DNA from: Vicugna vicugna
Taxonomy: Eukaryota
Reading direction: 5' to 3'
DNA: 64,000 bases
NCBI GenBank assembly: GCA_013265495.1
Contig: MU062844.1
Location: forward strand, 785,170-849,169
Shown: piece after piece, positions 48,275 through 60,405 of the stretch
Layout: the number at the start of each line of letters is the position of its first letter
Numbering within the stretch: the first letter of the stretch is position 1
Notes under the pieces: generated by a model
What the model was told of the DNA's origin: nothing
The model's input: the letters and a program-made list of their open reading frames with translations, nothing else
Databases searched by the model: none
Made by a program: the position numbers and the translations under genes

Positions 48275-48800
48275 CTGGGACAGCAACTACTAGCTTCCCA
48301 CCCTGAAAAATCTGTTCTCCTCTTCTTCCTGATTACCAGAATCCCAAGTCTCACCTGGACTTATGGCTACCCAGAATACAGCCTACATTTCTACACTTTT
48401 CAGGCTCACTCACAGCTAAGTTTTGCCATGTAACTGAATTTTGACCAGTGAGATATAAGGTAAGTATTGTGTGGCTGCTCCTTGGGAACTCCATTAAAAG
48501 AAAGCTTACAGACACTTAACTGCCTATTTCTCCTCTTTTCACTGTCCAGCTGTCTGAAGTGTGGACATAATGGCTGGAGCTCCAGCAGCCACGCTAAACC
48601 ATGAAGTGACCTTGGGCAAAGAAGCCATCCAGTTAAAAAAGGGATAGAAGAAGATAACGTCCTTGTCATTGTGTAGCCACCTTATAGGCATTGTCCACTG
48701 CCAGGCTTCTTTTGTACGAGAGTGAAACAAAATTCTGCCTCACTTAAGTCATTGTTAATTTGAGTTTTCCGTCATAAACCAAGCCTAAATCAATTGGCTC
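48275..48800 (+). mobile_element. MLT1J-like LTR
   Basis: gccatgtaactgaattttgaccagtgagatataagg...atggctggagctccagcagccac. Confidence 0.75.
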
Positions 48801-49739
48801 AATGTCCAGTGGATATTTGTTGAATGAATAAATCAATCACAAGCAAATCAAAAGATCTGGATTGCAAATTACTGGTAGATTTGATTAATAGAAACAATTC
48901 TTCCAAACACGGTGTCCATAGGGGCCAAAACAATAAAAAGAACCACATTAAAGTGGTGAAAGCATTAGAAACTTCTTTACACACGGTAGCCTTCGTTTCC
49001 TGCATTGCCCAAAGCCAGGCTGGTGATGGAGCAAAAACCCTCTCCTCAGGCTCTCGCAAGGAGATAGCTACTACATCTGTGACCCCACAGTCACCTCGTC
49101 CTGGAAGCCCTTCCTGACCAGAGCACTCCTAGCACCCTGAGGTTTTGCATCTCCCAGCAACATGCATAGGATTGTTCTGTCCTGCTTCATTCGATTCGCA
49201 CAGATCTGTCATTTTGCAGTGACTCTCAAGTTACTTCTCAAGCAGAGCTCTTTTCTTACCCATGGCAGGCTCTCGATCAATACCAACTGAACTAACCTCA
49301 CTGGTGAGGCTTGTTTCTCCTGCTAGAACAGAGATGCCTTGAGAAGCTGGGACTGACTTTTCTATTTTTCAAATAACCCCCCGCTGGCCCCAGCAACACA
49401 CAGGAGCTCTGCACCACAGGCACTCAGTGAATAGTGGTCAGCGTGTCCTGGGCACTTCCCCTCCTCCGCCCATTTTGTTGCACCAGAACAGCATCAACAC
49501 TGGCCCCTCCCCTCCCCATCCTTATTATCTCGGGACGGAGGCCTGGTCTGATTCCCCAAGCCCTGCAACAGAGATCCTCAAGAATTTTCACTGAGCATCT
49601 TATTTGTCAACCAGAAAAAGATGAAAAGTTTTGCTTCATAAAATCCCCAAAGCTACATGGAACCAATGCTTACTTCTACGTTCATGCCTTTACATTAGTG
49701 CTTCTCAAGCTTTTATAACCCATGCACCCTTGATAAACA

Positions 49740-50303
49740 TTTTTAATCAGCTTTACTGAGATCTAAGTGATGGACGATAAACTGCACACCCTGAATGTAT
49801 GCAATTTGCTAAGTTTGAATAAATGCATGTGCACCCATGACACCATCACCACAACACCACAAAACCAAGGGAACAGACATGTCTATCACCTCCAAAAGTT
49901 TCCTTGTGTCCCTCTGTGGTCTGTGTATGTGTTGTTTTGTCTTGTTTATAGTAAGAATACTTCAAATGAGATCTACCCTCTTAAATGTTTAGCACAACAC
50001 AGAATTGTTGACTACAGGCACGATCTTGTATAGCAGAACAAATTCATCTTATGAAAGTTCATACCAATTAAACCATGACTCCCACTTTCTGCTCCTCTTG
50101 GCCCCTGGAAATCATGGCTGCATTCTCTACTTCAATGAGCTTGACAATTTTAGGTGTCTGCATAAGTGGGGCCATGCAGTATTTGCCCCTCTGCAACTAG
50201 TCCCTCCTCACTAAGCATAATGTCCTCCAGGTTCATCTATGTTGTCACAAATGACAGGATTTCATTCCTTTTGTAGGGCTGAATAATACTCCATTGTATA
50301 CAT
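49740..50303 (-). mobile_element. L1MA/L1MB 3' end
   Basis: cagctttactgagatctaa...ccaggttcatctatgttgtcacaaatgacaggatttcattcc. Confidence 0.85.
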
Positions 50304-50639
50304 GGGCTGTGTTTCCATTATCCATTTACCTTGATACACATTTTAAACTTGCATTTCCCTCTAATGGTATTTGAAATTTCAAGATGAATTAGTACTGTAG
50401 CTGACACATTATCAGGTAGTGACTATTCAGGAGCCCCTGGTGTCACCGCCCCAGGAATATTACACACATGTGTCTCCACTGAAAATCTTTGCTTCGCATG
50501 CTATTCTGACTCTTGCTTGCTCAGTCTCTGTTTTGACTGCATAGTCTTCAGTGAAACACACATTGTTATTTGATCCCATGGACTAAACTAGGGGGAAATC
50601 TCCAATACCTCAGAGTGGGATTGATACCCAGCCAGCTGC

Positions 50640-50740
50640 TGACGGCTGGCATTCATTCAGCTGGCCAGTGCATCTCTCCACTCCAACTGACCAGTGCCTG
50701 CACTTGACCAATTGTTCAGCTTTTTGAGTATCACCTACCT
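50640..50740 (+). mobile_element. MER53-like hAT fragment
   Basis: ggctggcattcattcagctgg...accaattgttcagctttttgagtatcacc. Confidence 0.45.
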
Positions 50741-51274
50741 ACAGAAGGTAACATAAATTGGAAAACCCATAATAATTTATGGGAAAGAGAAGTGTTGAGA
50801 CCATGCAAAAAAATTACATGGAAATTCAACAAGTTCTGGTGATATCACATAAGAAGGCTCTTCACACAGCACCTCACACAAAGTAGGAATTTAATCTCTG
50901 GGGAAATTGTGAATTCATAGATGCTAATGAGTTCTGTGCTTTACTTTAATGTAATGCACCTGGTTGGCATTAGTTGGGAGAATTATTAACCATCATTAAA
51001 TAAATATGCCCCTGCTGCCACCCACCCAGGAGCCCACTATGTGGAGGTACCCACATGAGAAACCACTTGTTAGCAAAATGATGCTCCTGAACCTCTGAGT
51101 ATCTACCCTTATGACTTTCTATTTAGGGCTCCTTGTTAAAACCAGTGTCTTCTTTCTCCATCTATGGCAATTTAATATGAATGTCACAGAGGTCTCTCTA
51201 TTCAGGCTAATCACTGCTCATCTTTCTGAGGAGTGTCTAGGATCCACCTCTCCTCAAAGGGCATTTAATGTATA

Positions 51275-51460
51275 TTTAGACTGGTGTCATTTGCTCCTTG
51301 TGGGACTTTGGGCAAGTTACTTAACCTCAGTTTCCTCATCTGTAAAATGGGGATAATAATAGCTCCTACCTCATGGGGGTTTTAAAAGGATTCAGTGAGA
51401 TCATGAATATGAAACACCCAGCATGGAGCTTGGAATGTAGTATTTTTTCAATAGTGTTAA
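51275..51460 (+). mobile_element. MIR
   Basis: gggcaagttacttaacctcagtttcctcatctgtaaaatggggataataatagctcctacctcat, close to consensus. Confidence 0.9.
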
Positions 51461-51602
51461 TAATTATGGAAGACCTCACTGGTCACCAAATAGACTGCTA
51501 AGCTAGAAGAAGGTTAGACCCATCATTTACTTGAATCTCATCCCAAACCAACACTAAACTAATAGCTGAAAGTCACCTGCTCACATCTTAAAGATTCTTC
51601 CT

Positions 51603-51980
51603 GTTTTGTATTTGTTTTGTTTTGTTTTCTTTTGTTTTTTAGATTCCACATATGAGTGATCTCATATGGTATTTTTCTTTCTCCTTCTGGCTTACTTCAC
51701 TTAAAATGACATTCTCCAGGAACATCCATGTTGCTGCAAATGGCATTATGTTGTCAGTTTTTATGGCTGAATAGTATTCTACTGATAAACAAGATTATAC
51801 TGTATAGCACAGGGAAATATATACAAGATCTTATGGTAGCTCACAGCAAAAAAAATGTGACAATAAATATATATATATGTTCATGTATAACTGAAAAATT
51901 GTGCTCTACACTGGAATATGAAATAATATTGTAAAATGACTATAACTCAATAAAAAATGTTAAAAACAAACAAACAAACA
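51603..51980. mobile_element. Young camelid L1 with 5' inversion (twin priming)
   Basis: 51603-51780 is antisense ORF2 tip; 51781-51980 is sense 3' UTR plus an A-rich tail. Perfect 13-bp TSD AAAGATTCTTCCT (51590-51602, 51981-51993). Confidence 0.9.
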
Positions 51981-52819
51981 AAAGATTCTTCCTTAAGAGA
52001 GAGCTTTGGGAAATGGATTTAGACATCGTAACTTCAACAATCAGAAATCATTCCTCCTGTCCTCCTGACACCTCACACCCTAGCCCCATCTCAGGAGCTG
52101 AGTGGAAGCGTCCTTCAGGCTTTAGAAAGCAGACGATGCTCTGTCCTGATGCAGGACTTCACCTCTCCCAGCATCAGAGTGGGAGGTAGGAGCCTGACAG
52201 CCTTTGAAGTTTGGGATGTGTCTCCCTCTCTGCCTCTCTCAGAAGAGCTCTTTACTTCTGCTACACTGCACTTCTGGAGAGGGCTGGCTGGGCACTGGCT
52301 CACGAAGCAGCCCCTGGGGTCTTTCCCGGGCTCGGATCCTGTCTGTCTCATTATGTCCTTCTTCTGGAGAGATCACCAACTTATTTCACTCTGTATCATA
52401 AGAAGGAGAGAGGGAAGGTGCAGTGGAGAGTTTCGAGGTTAGCCACCATTTATGGAGTAAGAACAGTCTGCCGAAGGTAGCCTGGCTGCCGAGGAGTGCT
52501 GTGCAAGCACCGGGGGGCATCGCAGCAGAGATGGACTACAGGCTACCTCACGGTCCTCACTCAATAAGGCCCCACTCACAATCACTTACTCTGTTTATAA
52601 AAACGATGAGCCTGCAAGGGACTGGTGTTCCCACCCAGGATCTATCACTCGCAGACCCTGAACTACGTGAAGCCTCCCTTCCCCATGTCTGTTACACGTA
52701 GCACAGAAGGTCAACCTCACACGGGGCTGAGACAATCACATGAGAGGACGTGTGTGCAGCGCCCAGAGCCGAGCCTGGCACGCAGCAGGCTCTTAGCAAC
52801 TGTCAGCTTTAATGCTGAT

Positions 52820-53260
52820 TTATAAGGCCAGCCCACTGCAGCAGCGCTATTCCCGACAGCCAAAAGGTGGGAACAACCAAACAGTCCACGGGCAGATGAA
52901 TAGATAACAAAACGTGGTCCATCCAAACAATGGGTTACCATGCAGCCTTAAAAAGGAAGGAAATCCTGCCACAGGCTCCAGCATGGATGGAGCTGGAGGG
53001 CATCGTACCAAGTGAAGTGAACCAGTCACTGAAAGAACGCAGACTGCAGATGAGGTACCCAAGGAGTCAGAGTCACAGAGACAGAAAGTAGGACAGAGCT
53101 TACCAGGGGGCTGGGGGAGTTGTTGTTTCCTGGGCGTGGAGTTCCAGTTCTGTAAGATCGGGAGGTTCTGAAGATGGGTGATGTTAAAGGCTGCACAACA
53201 ATCAGAATATACTTAATGCCACTGACGAGTGCACCTAACACATACTAACTGGTTAAAGGG
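52820..53260 (+). mobile_element. L1MB 3' fragment
   Basis: gacagccaaaaggtgggaacaacc...catggatggagctggag...atacttaatgccactga. Confidence 0.8.
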
Positions 53261-53989
53261 TGGGGGTGGGGGAGGCCCAAGGAATCTGAAACAACCGGCA
53301 GACGTTGGCAGGGAATCAGGTGGGGGGAGGGGGAAGCACCCGGGCTCCTCCTCCTCATCTACCACTTTGAGCTACAAAGCAGAGGGAAAGTGGGAGAAAC
53401 ACTCAGAAAACCAGAAAAGATGCAGGTGACTGAGGTCAGGATTGGGGGATGCAGACCACAGTGAGGACTGGAGAGGAGCGGATTCTGAAGCTGATGGCCG
53501 CCACTGGACGCTCAGACCCCACCCAAGCAGCTCAGTTACCACCCCAAACGCTAGCCGAGGGACCCTCAGGCTGCTCTGTGAACAGTGGAAGGAGACACAC
53601 TTCCGTCCTCAGAGGAAGAAGAGGAGAATGGAGGCTGACACCAGCTTTGTCCAAGACCAAGGAACTGTCCCTAGGTTAGCAGGAGAGATCCCTGTGGGTG
53701 ACAATGACATGGAGCAGGTAGTGGGTACCAGAAACTTCAAATATATCACCCCAAATTGCTGTAACAACCCTGAAAGGTAAGTAGAGTCATCCTGCACCTC
53801 CCTGGGCCTCAGCTCCTCCGACAATTGTGCTGACCTCACACGGCAGCTGTGAGGGCTGAATGAGACCATTTGTGAGCGTGTGCAGGAGGAACAGTAGCAG
53901 TAAGCACACACAGCTCACCTTCTGCCCTCTTCTAAGCTGCCTGCTGAAAGTGAACAACTCTCCACTCAAATGCATTTGCTGCAGCTACA

Positions 53990-54340
53990 AGGAAGGCTGA
54001 GCAATCGCTAAGGAATCCTCAGCTCACCTCTTCCAGGAAGCGTCCCCTGATTACCCGCCCACACACAATACCGGCCAAGAGGCCTTCCTCTGACTACTCT
54101 AGTTGCTGTGATTCCCTTTGTCCCAGCACTTGACACACTGTGTCATAAGGTAATGATTGTTGATTTGTGTGTCTTCCAGGAAAATACATAGAGAGTGGGG
54201 ACAAATCTGTACCCAGCCTCCAGTACCAGCACACTACCTAGCTCATAATATGTTGGATGGAAAGACAGATGGATGGATGGGTAGATAGGTGGGTGGATGA
54301 GTGGGTGGATAGATGGATGGATGGGTGAGTGGATGAATGG
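53990..54340 (+). mobile_element. L2 3' end with expanded (TGGA)n tail
   Basis: cacctcttccaggaagcgtcccctgatt...gatggatggatgggtag. Confidence 0.7.
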
Positions 54341-54995
54341 ACCAAAAAGGGAATCCGACCTCTAACTGGATCCCCTGGCTGGGAACTCACTGGGATTTTT
54401 TTTCTCTAACATACACACTCTTCTCTTCCATTCCTTTCTCTCTCTTCATTCTTTGTGCTTAAAAAGACACTTGAGTCTAGGGCTTTTACTTCATCAAAAA
54501 ATAAAAGACAGGAAGTAAATTTTTACTTTAAATCCACAAGAAAAAAATCACCCAAGAAAAATTCACACTCTGTCTCTGAATGAAGGAAGGCTAGTGGGCT
54601 AGGCTGTTCCAGTGGTGGAGACACAAGTCTGTTTTGACAAGTTGTCTCCTTATAAACAAAGAGGTTTAGCTCACGCTAAACATTTAGACCTGCTATTTAG
54701 GCAAATGGAAAAAAAAAACATTGCACATTTTCTAGACAGCCTGTTAGTGTCCACGCCAGTGACACAAGCATCTGAACACTGGGGCTGATGCTAAATAAAC
54801 CAGAAAAGCAAGTGTTTGTTGTAACCCTCCGAACATCACCATCCATTTGCTGCATTCCCAGAGGGATGTGCGAGGAGGACTGTGGGAAATATTGGAGCCA
54901 GAGAGCGTCCACGGGAAAAATCGTGGCTCTCCAAGAGGACGGGGACAGCAGGGATCAGAGGAGAGCAGCAGGCTGAAATGATCCAAAAGCTAAGC

Positions 54996-55208
54996 CAGTG
55001 GTTCTCAACTGGAGGCTCGCTGGGCCCCCAAGAAACATTTGACAGTGTCTGGAGACATTCTGGTTATCATAAACTGGGGAAGCTGCTACTAGCACTGAGG
55101 GCTAGAAGCCACAGATACACTAAATGCCCTACAATACATAAGATAGCCACCCCACAACAAAAAATTATTTGGACCCAAACGTCATAATGCTATGGTCAAG
55201 AAACCCTA
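54996..55208 (+). mobile_element. MER20, full length
   Basis: cagtggttctcaactgg...gtgtctggagacattctgg...ccccacaacaaaaaattat...aagaaacccta. Confidence 0.9.
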
Positions 55209-55424
55209 GGCTTTGTTACAGCAGAGTGCATACTAGCTACTCTGTGGCTGTGTAACCAGAGCAGGTTAATCAAACCCTCTGGGCTGCAGGATGCATCAGA
55301 TAGCAATCTGTGGGCCAGAGTAAACAACATGATAGGTGTGCAGTGCACACAGTAGGTGCTTCAGGAAATGCTCGCCTCTTTCACACACCCCTCTCTGTCC
55401 TCTGATTTCCTGAAGCTTATTTAT

Positions 55425-56260
55425 TCTTTGATTCATTCACTCCTTGAACTAAAACGTGTGGAGTGTCTACTACGAGCCTGGGCCCGGGCCCTGGGTATGA
55501 GCAGCAGAGGAAAGGCAGGCGCCCTGGCCTCATGGAGCTTATAGCCATGTGGGAGAGGCAGGTAGTGGTAGTGTACCAACCAAACTTCTGATTAGTGCTG
55601 GAAGGTAAAACACAGGTGCCAGAGACTAACCACCCATAGGGTGGTCAGGGAAAGCCTCTCTGAGGAAAGAGATCTGGTGGAACAGAGATCTGAAAGAGAG
55701 CAGAAGCCAGCGCGGAGAAGGGAGGGTTCATTTGAGGTGGAGGAGGGGGTGCTGGTTCCAGGCAGAGGGAACAGACTATGCAAAGACTCAGAGAACATGG
55801 GTGCGTTCAGGACAGCCAGCGTGATGGCGCAGAGCTGGCCGGGGAGAGAGGGATGAGAAAGGTGGGGCCTTGCGGACCCTGAGAAGGCACCTGGATTCTA
55901 GCCCAGATGTCTTGAGAAGCCCCTGGAGTCTAGGAAGGAGAGAAGGGGCCTGCCTGCAGTGGGATGGATGGATGGGAGAGGGATGAAGGTGGAAACAGAG
56001 GGACCAGTTAGAAGCCTGCCCCAGAGGTCCAGGTGAGAGATGGTGGCAGTAGTGGAAAGGGGAAAGAATTTGAGGTGTACGTTTGCAGGAGAATAATTAT
56101 AAATTGCACCAGACAGGGTAGGTGGGAAGAAAGGAGGGACTGGTCCTCTGCTCGATGGGAGGTCAGGCTGTGCAGCAACAGCTGAAAGATAAGCGACCAC
56201 CAGGGAAGAGATCAGCGCATGACTCGAGGTCACCAGGGCCAGCGCAGACGTAGGACTCAC
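55425..56260 (-). mobile_element. Long L2 fragment
   Basis: tgattcattcactcc...gtggtcagggaaagcctctctgagg...gttccaggcagagggaacag...gttagaagcctgccccagaggtccaggtgagagatggtggc. Confidence 0.8.
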
Positions 56261-57084
56261 ACGGCAGCAAGAGGAGAGGGCGCGAGACAGAGCCCACAAG
56301 ACCTAGTCCGTGGCAGCATGTCGGTCCCTCGTGGTCCGGGTTCCACTCCACAGTGCACGCAGTGGTGGGGCTGCATGAACCCCACTTCATGAAGCAGTAA
56401 AAGGACCCCAATTCCTCCCCACCGGGAACAGATATAGCATTGGGGAAGGCCGGGTGCCAACACAACACACATGCTCAGACAGAACAAGACGTCCACGTCA
56501 GGCCCAGAGCAGGGGAGAGGTGCCCCAGCAAGGACACACGTCCAGCACAGGCGGTGTGAGCTCCTATCTGTTTACAGGAAAGTGTTCCAGGCCCACGGCC
56601 ACTCGCAGGCAGCGGTGCGGGGGACACGCAAGCTGCATACAGCTGCCTTTCGCAACAACTGAAAACCAAGGACAGCTCCCAGGGCTTTGGCTTAGGCAGT
56701 TGGAATGGACGGTGGGGGTGCAATTACTGAAGAGAGAGAAGACTCGAAAAGAGACAGTTGGGGGCGGGAAGCAGAGGAAAGACAATCAAGAAACAGTCCA
56801 AACCCGGGGCTCCCTCCTGCCTGTCCACCCCCCACCCCACCTGCTCTCTTTCTCTGAGCTCAGTGACAATAGTCGCAACTGCAATCCTTCTCTTCTCCAC
56901 CTGAGAGACGACAGAAGGGCTGGCTCTTCCCCCTCAGCCGGGGGAAGTCCCCAAGCCCTCGCCTGGACACGGGCCACAAAGCCAGTGGCAGTGCTTTCTA
57001 GGCACCCCTGCTGCTTCCACGCCACTAGGAAGCACCTCCACTTAGGCCCCTCCTGAATGTTTACCAAGCATCCGTCCTGCCTCA

Positions 57085-57240
57085 CTACTCAACAAGTGGT
57101 CCACGACCGGCAGCAGCATCTGCATTTCGTGGGAGAGTCTTAGAAACAGAGAGACTCAGGCTGCCCCTCCGCTCTGCTGAACCAGGTCCCAGGTGATCTC
57201 ATGGAAGGTGTGCTCGTGAAAGTCTGAGAGATGCTGGTCC
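57085..57240 (+). mobile_element. MER5-like MITE
   Basis: agtggtccacgaccggcagcagcatctgcatttcgtgggag...cccaggtgatctcatg. Confidence 0.6.
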
Positions 57241-58046
57241 ACAGCTGCAAAGCTAGGCAGCCACAACATTCCTGTACGTCAGTGGTTTGTAATTTTGGTA
57301 CAAAATGCTCCCGGTGTGGCCTGGGATGATTTGTTCCTAAACTTCAAGCACCAGCCAGGGCCTAAGATCCTGCTGACACTGAGATATTTATGAATTTCTC
57401 CCTCTCATGTTCCATGATCACTTATCATCAGACTTTCTGGGCAGTAAATTTTAGGCAGGCTGTTCTTTTCCCTCTGCTCCTGCTGGACCTCTGTGGCTCC
57501 TTTTTGTGATTCTGTGTAAATTGTTCGGCAGTGGGGTTAGACAGCTCGGCAGGCCACCTCATACGCAGGCCATCTGGACTTGATGGTTTATGAAAGAGAC
57601 GTGTTCCAAGTGCCCTCTCTCCTTCGTCTACTTTCCCCAAGGGCACTTGCCCTTCCAGGGAGTCAGCTCCCTTAGTCTGTCCTGGCTTCCTTTTTTCTCC
57701 TCCTCTCCCCACGTCTCTGTGTCTGGGAGAGCCGCCTGAATCCACGTGGCAATCACCTGAGTGTCCTGCCCCAGAGGTCACAGAACTCTGTGCCCTCCTG
57801 GAGGAATAACTGTCATTTATCCAACACTTCCCTGGCTAGTGATGGGTGGTATTGATCAGAAGGGAAAATCTAGAGTGTTGAAACTGAGAAGTCAGTTTAA
57901 ATAACATGTACCTAAAACAAACATGCCTGGCACATGGTTGGACATTGAATGCTGTTGAATGAGAACTTGGGGTGTGTGGTAAGAAGCTTTGTAAAGGTAT
58001 AATCTTGTAAACTTGGAAAATTATAAACTTAGAAATATTCTAAAAA

Positions 58047-58276
58047 NNNNNNNNNNNNNNNNNNNNNNNNNNNNNNNNNNNNNNNNNNNNNNNNNNNNNN
58101 NNNNNNNNNNNNNNNNNNNNNNNNNNNNNNNNNNNNNNNNNNNNNNNNNNNNNNNNNNNNNNNNNNNNNNNNNNNNNNNNNNNNNNNNNNNNNNNNNNNN
58201 NNNNNNNNNNNNNNNNNNNNNNNNNNNNNNNNNNNNNNNNNNNNNNNNNNNNNNNNNNNNNNNNNNNNNNNNNNNN
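58047..58276. other. Assembly gap (230 N), followed by an L1 ORF2 tip (58277-58345)
   Basis: Run of N; the flank encodes ILSEVRQKEKEKCQIILLIWGI*. Confidence 0.95.
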
Positions 58277-59029
58277 ATTCTAAGTGAAGTAAGGCAGAAA
58301 GAGAAAGAAAAGTGCCAAATTATATTGCTTATATGGGGAATCTAAAAAACAGGGACACAAATTAATTACCTATTATTTATAACTTAAAAAATGATGTCAG
58401 TGGAAATGCAATGTAATAAATGTATTGGTGTGAGGAGAACATGTCACTATGGGTCACTTGGAGGCAGACTGAGGCGAGGTCAAGGGGGACTGCATGGAGT
58501 CTACACTCTACAACTGCAACAAGAGAGTCAAGCGGGAGAGTTGGAGCCTCACCAGGCGAGGCGTGGGTCTCGCTAAGAAGATGCATGTGTAACTCTTCTG
58601 GTTGCCCTGACATGCAATGCCCCTCCTCACACGGAGATGTTATATTAAGCCAAACTTCAGGAGCGTGAGATGACCGGGATGGGGTTCCATGGTGTTATCA
58701 CAGCTGTGCCTTCAGAGAGGAACTGACGGGGAGTTGGGGGAGGGGTCCTGTAGAGAACAAGTGATGACACTCAGCAGGCGGGGCTGGAGCCGAGAGGTAC
58801 AGGGACTGGCTGAGCTTCCGCAAGTGGCAGCACTTGGGACCAGGTGCCTGGCCGTTGCTCCTGCCACTGGCGTGGTCCCAAGCACCTGCCTGCCTATCAA
58901 ACTTGCTGCTTGGAAGCAGTCATGGAGGAGAAGGGGAGAGGCGTTGACACCAGCCATGCAGCTGTATATTTTACACGGACCCTCTTCATTCTTAATATGA
59001 TTTTCTCTCTTTCTGAAAGTGCAATCACA

Positions 59030-59467
59030 TTTATTTATTTATGTTTAATTTTATTTTATTGTAGAAAGAACAGTTAACATGAGATTACCCTCTTAACACA
59101 TTTTTAAGTGCACGATACAGGACTGTTGACTGTGGGGATGATGCTGTCCAGCAGGTCTCCAGGGCTTACTCCTCTTGCTCAACTGAAACTTTGTGCCTGT
59201 GGATTAGTAACTCCCCATCTCCTCCTCCCCCAGCCTCTGGCAACCACCCTTCCACTCTCCGAGTCTATGAACTTGACTGTTTTAGATTCTTCACGTAAGT
59301 GGAATCAAGCAGTATTTGTCTTTCTGTGACTGGCTTATTTCACTTAACGTAAGTGAAATGGGGTACTAGTTTCACCCACATTGTCCCATATTGCAAAATG
59401 TCCTTCTTTTTTCAAGGCTGAATAGTATCCCACTGTATGTATATACCACATTTTCTTTATCCATTTA
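59030..59467 (-). mobile_element. L1MA9-like 3' end
   Basis: gaacagttaacatgagattaccctcttaacac...aaggctgaatagtatcccactgtatgtatataccacatt. Confidence 0.85.
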
Positions 59468-60004
59468 ACAGCTTAAGATACTTCTTCAGTACTTCTGTGT
59501 ATTCCCATTGTACCGATGAGGAAACAGAGGCTCAGGGAAGACCAGTAGCTCGCCTACTCAAGTGGTAGAGCTAAAATTCAAACCGGACAGCCCAACTCCA
59601 AAGGCCACATTCTTGACCATTTTGTGGAACAACCTCCAGAAAGAGCCTGGTGTCAGAGGTTCAGAAGGTGACGGCCCCTTTACCTGGGGGCTTGGGACAT
59701 CAGCATCTCCCTCAATAAGTCCAGGTCAATCTAGTACCATCATGAAAGCAAGCAGCAATGCCTCCGGCAACGCCCTATGTGGTCAGCCAACCCCTGCTGC
59801 GGGGAACTCAGAGACGTGTGCACATCTCCCTTCTTCCAATTCTGTGCCTTCAGTTTGCAGCAAGAGAATAAAAATAAATTGCAGCATGGATGAAAGAGAA
59901 GAGAGTAAGCTCCTGAATCCAGCTGACCTGAGTGGGTTAGAGGGCTCAGCCAAGGGAAGCAGCACATGCAATGCTGTGGCCTCCAGTCCCAGACAGGTTA
60001 TATA

Positions 60005-60405
60005 ACCTCTCATTCTCAGCCTTAGCTGCACCTTGGAACCACCTGGGGAGCTTTCAAAACTACCGACGCCTGGGTCCCAGGCTCAGAAATTCTGATTTGA
60101 CTGGTCCTTGATGTGACCTGGATGCGCAGAGGTTTTAAGTTTCTCCTGGTGATTCTAATATGCAGCCAAGTTTGGAACTCAGATGCGGATGGGTAGGCTT
60201 CTAGAACAGAGCAGTGCCTCTCGAGAGGTGGTCTGTAGACCTCTGACATCTGAATCACCCGGGGATCTGGTGAAACATGCACATCCCTAGGCCCTACCCC
60301 CTAGACATTTGGATTCATTATTACTGGGGAACCGCCCAGGAATCTGCACACTGAACAGCAAGCTTCCTGGGTGGTTGTGACACACACTGAAGTTTGGGAC
60401 CCTCT
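60005..60405 (+). mobile_element. Two adjacent MER5-family MITEs (about 60005-60185 and 60211-60405)
   Basis: ttggaaccacctggggagc...tggtgattctaatatgcagccaag; gaatcacccggggatctggtgaaacatgc...gaagtttgggaccctctg. Confidence 0.75.

Noticed and set aside
13806-56870. The 14-mer CTGAGCTCAGTGAC occurring near both 13806 and 56855
   Set aside because: Several shared 14-mers are expected by chance in 64 kb, and the flanks are unrelated.
56454-57056. 200-aa ORF, the longest in the window
   Set aside because: GC-rich sequence with few stops in several frames, no recognisable protein similarity and no clear splice or Kozak context.
19216-58345. ORFs in the track that contain long X runs
   Set aside because: They are open only because they cross N gaps. 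The real residues are the decayed L1 ORF2 tip or flanking noise.
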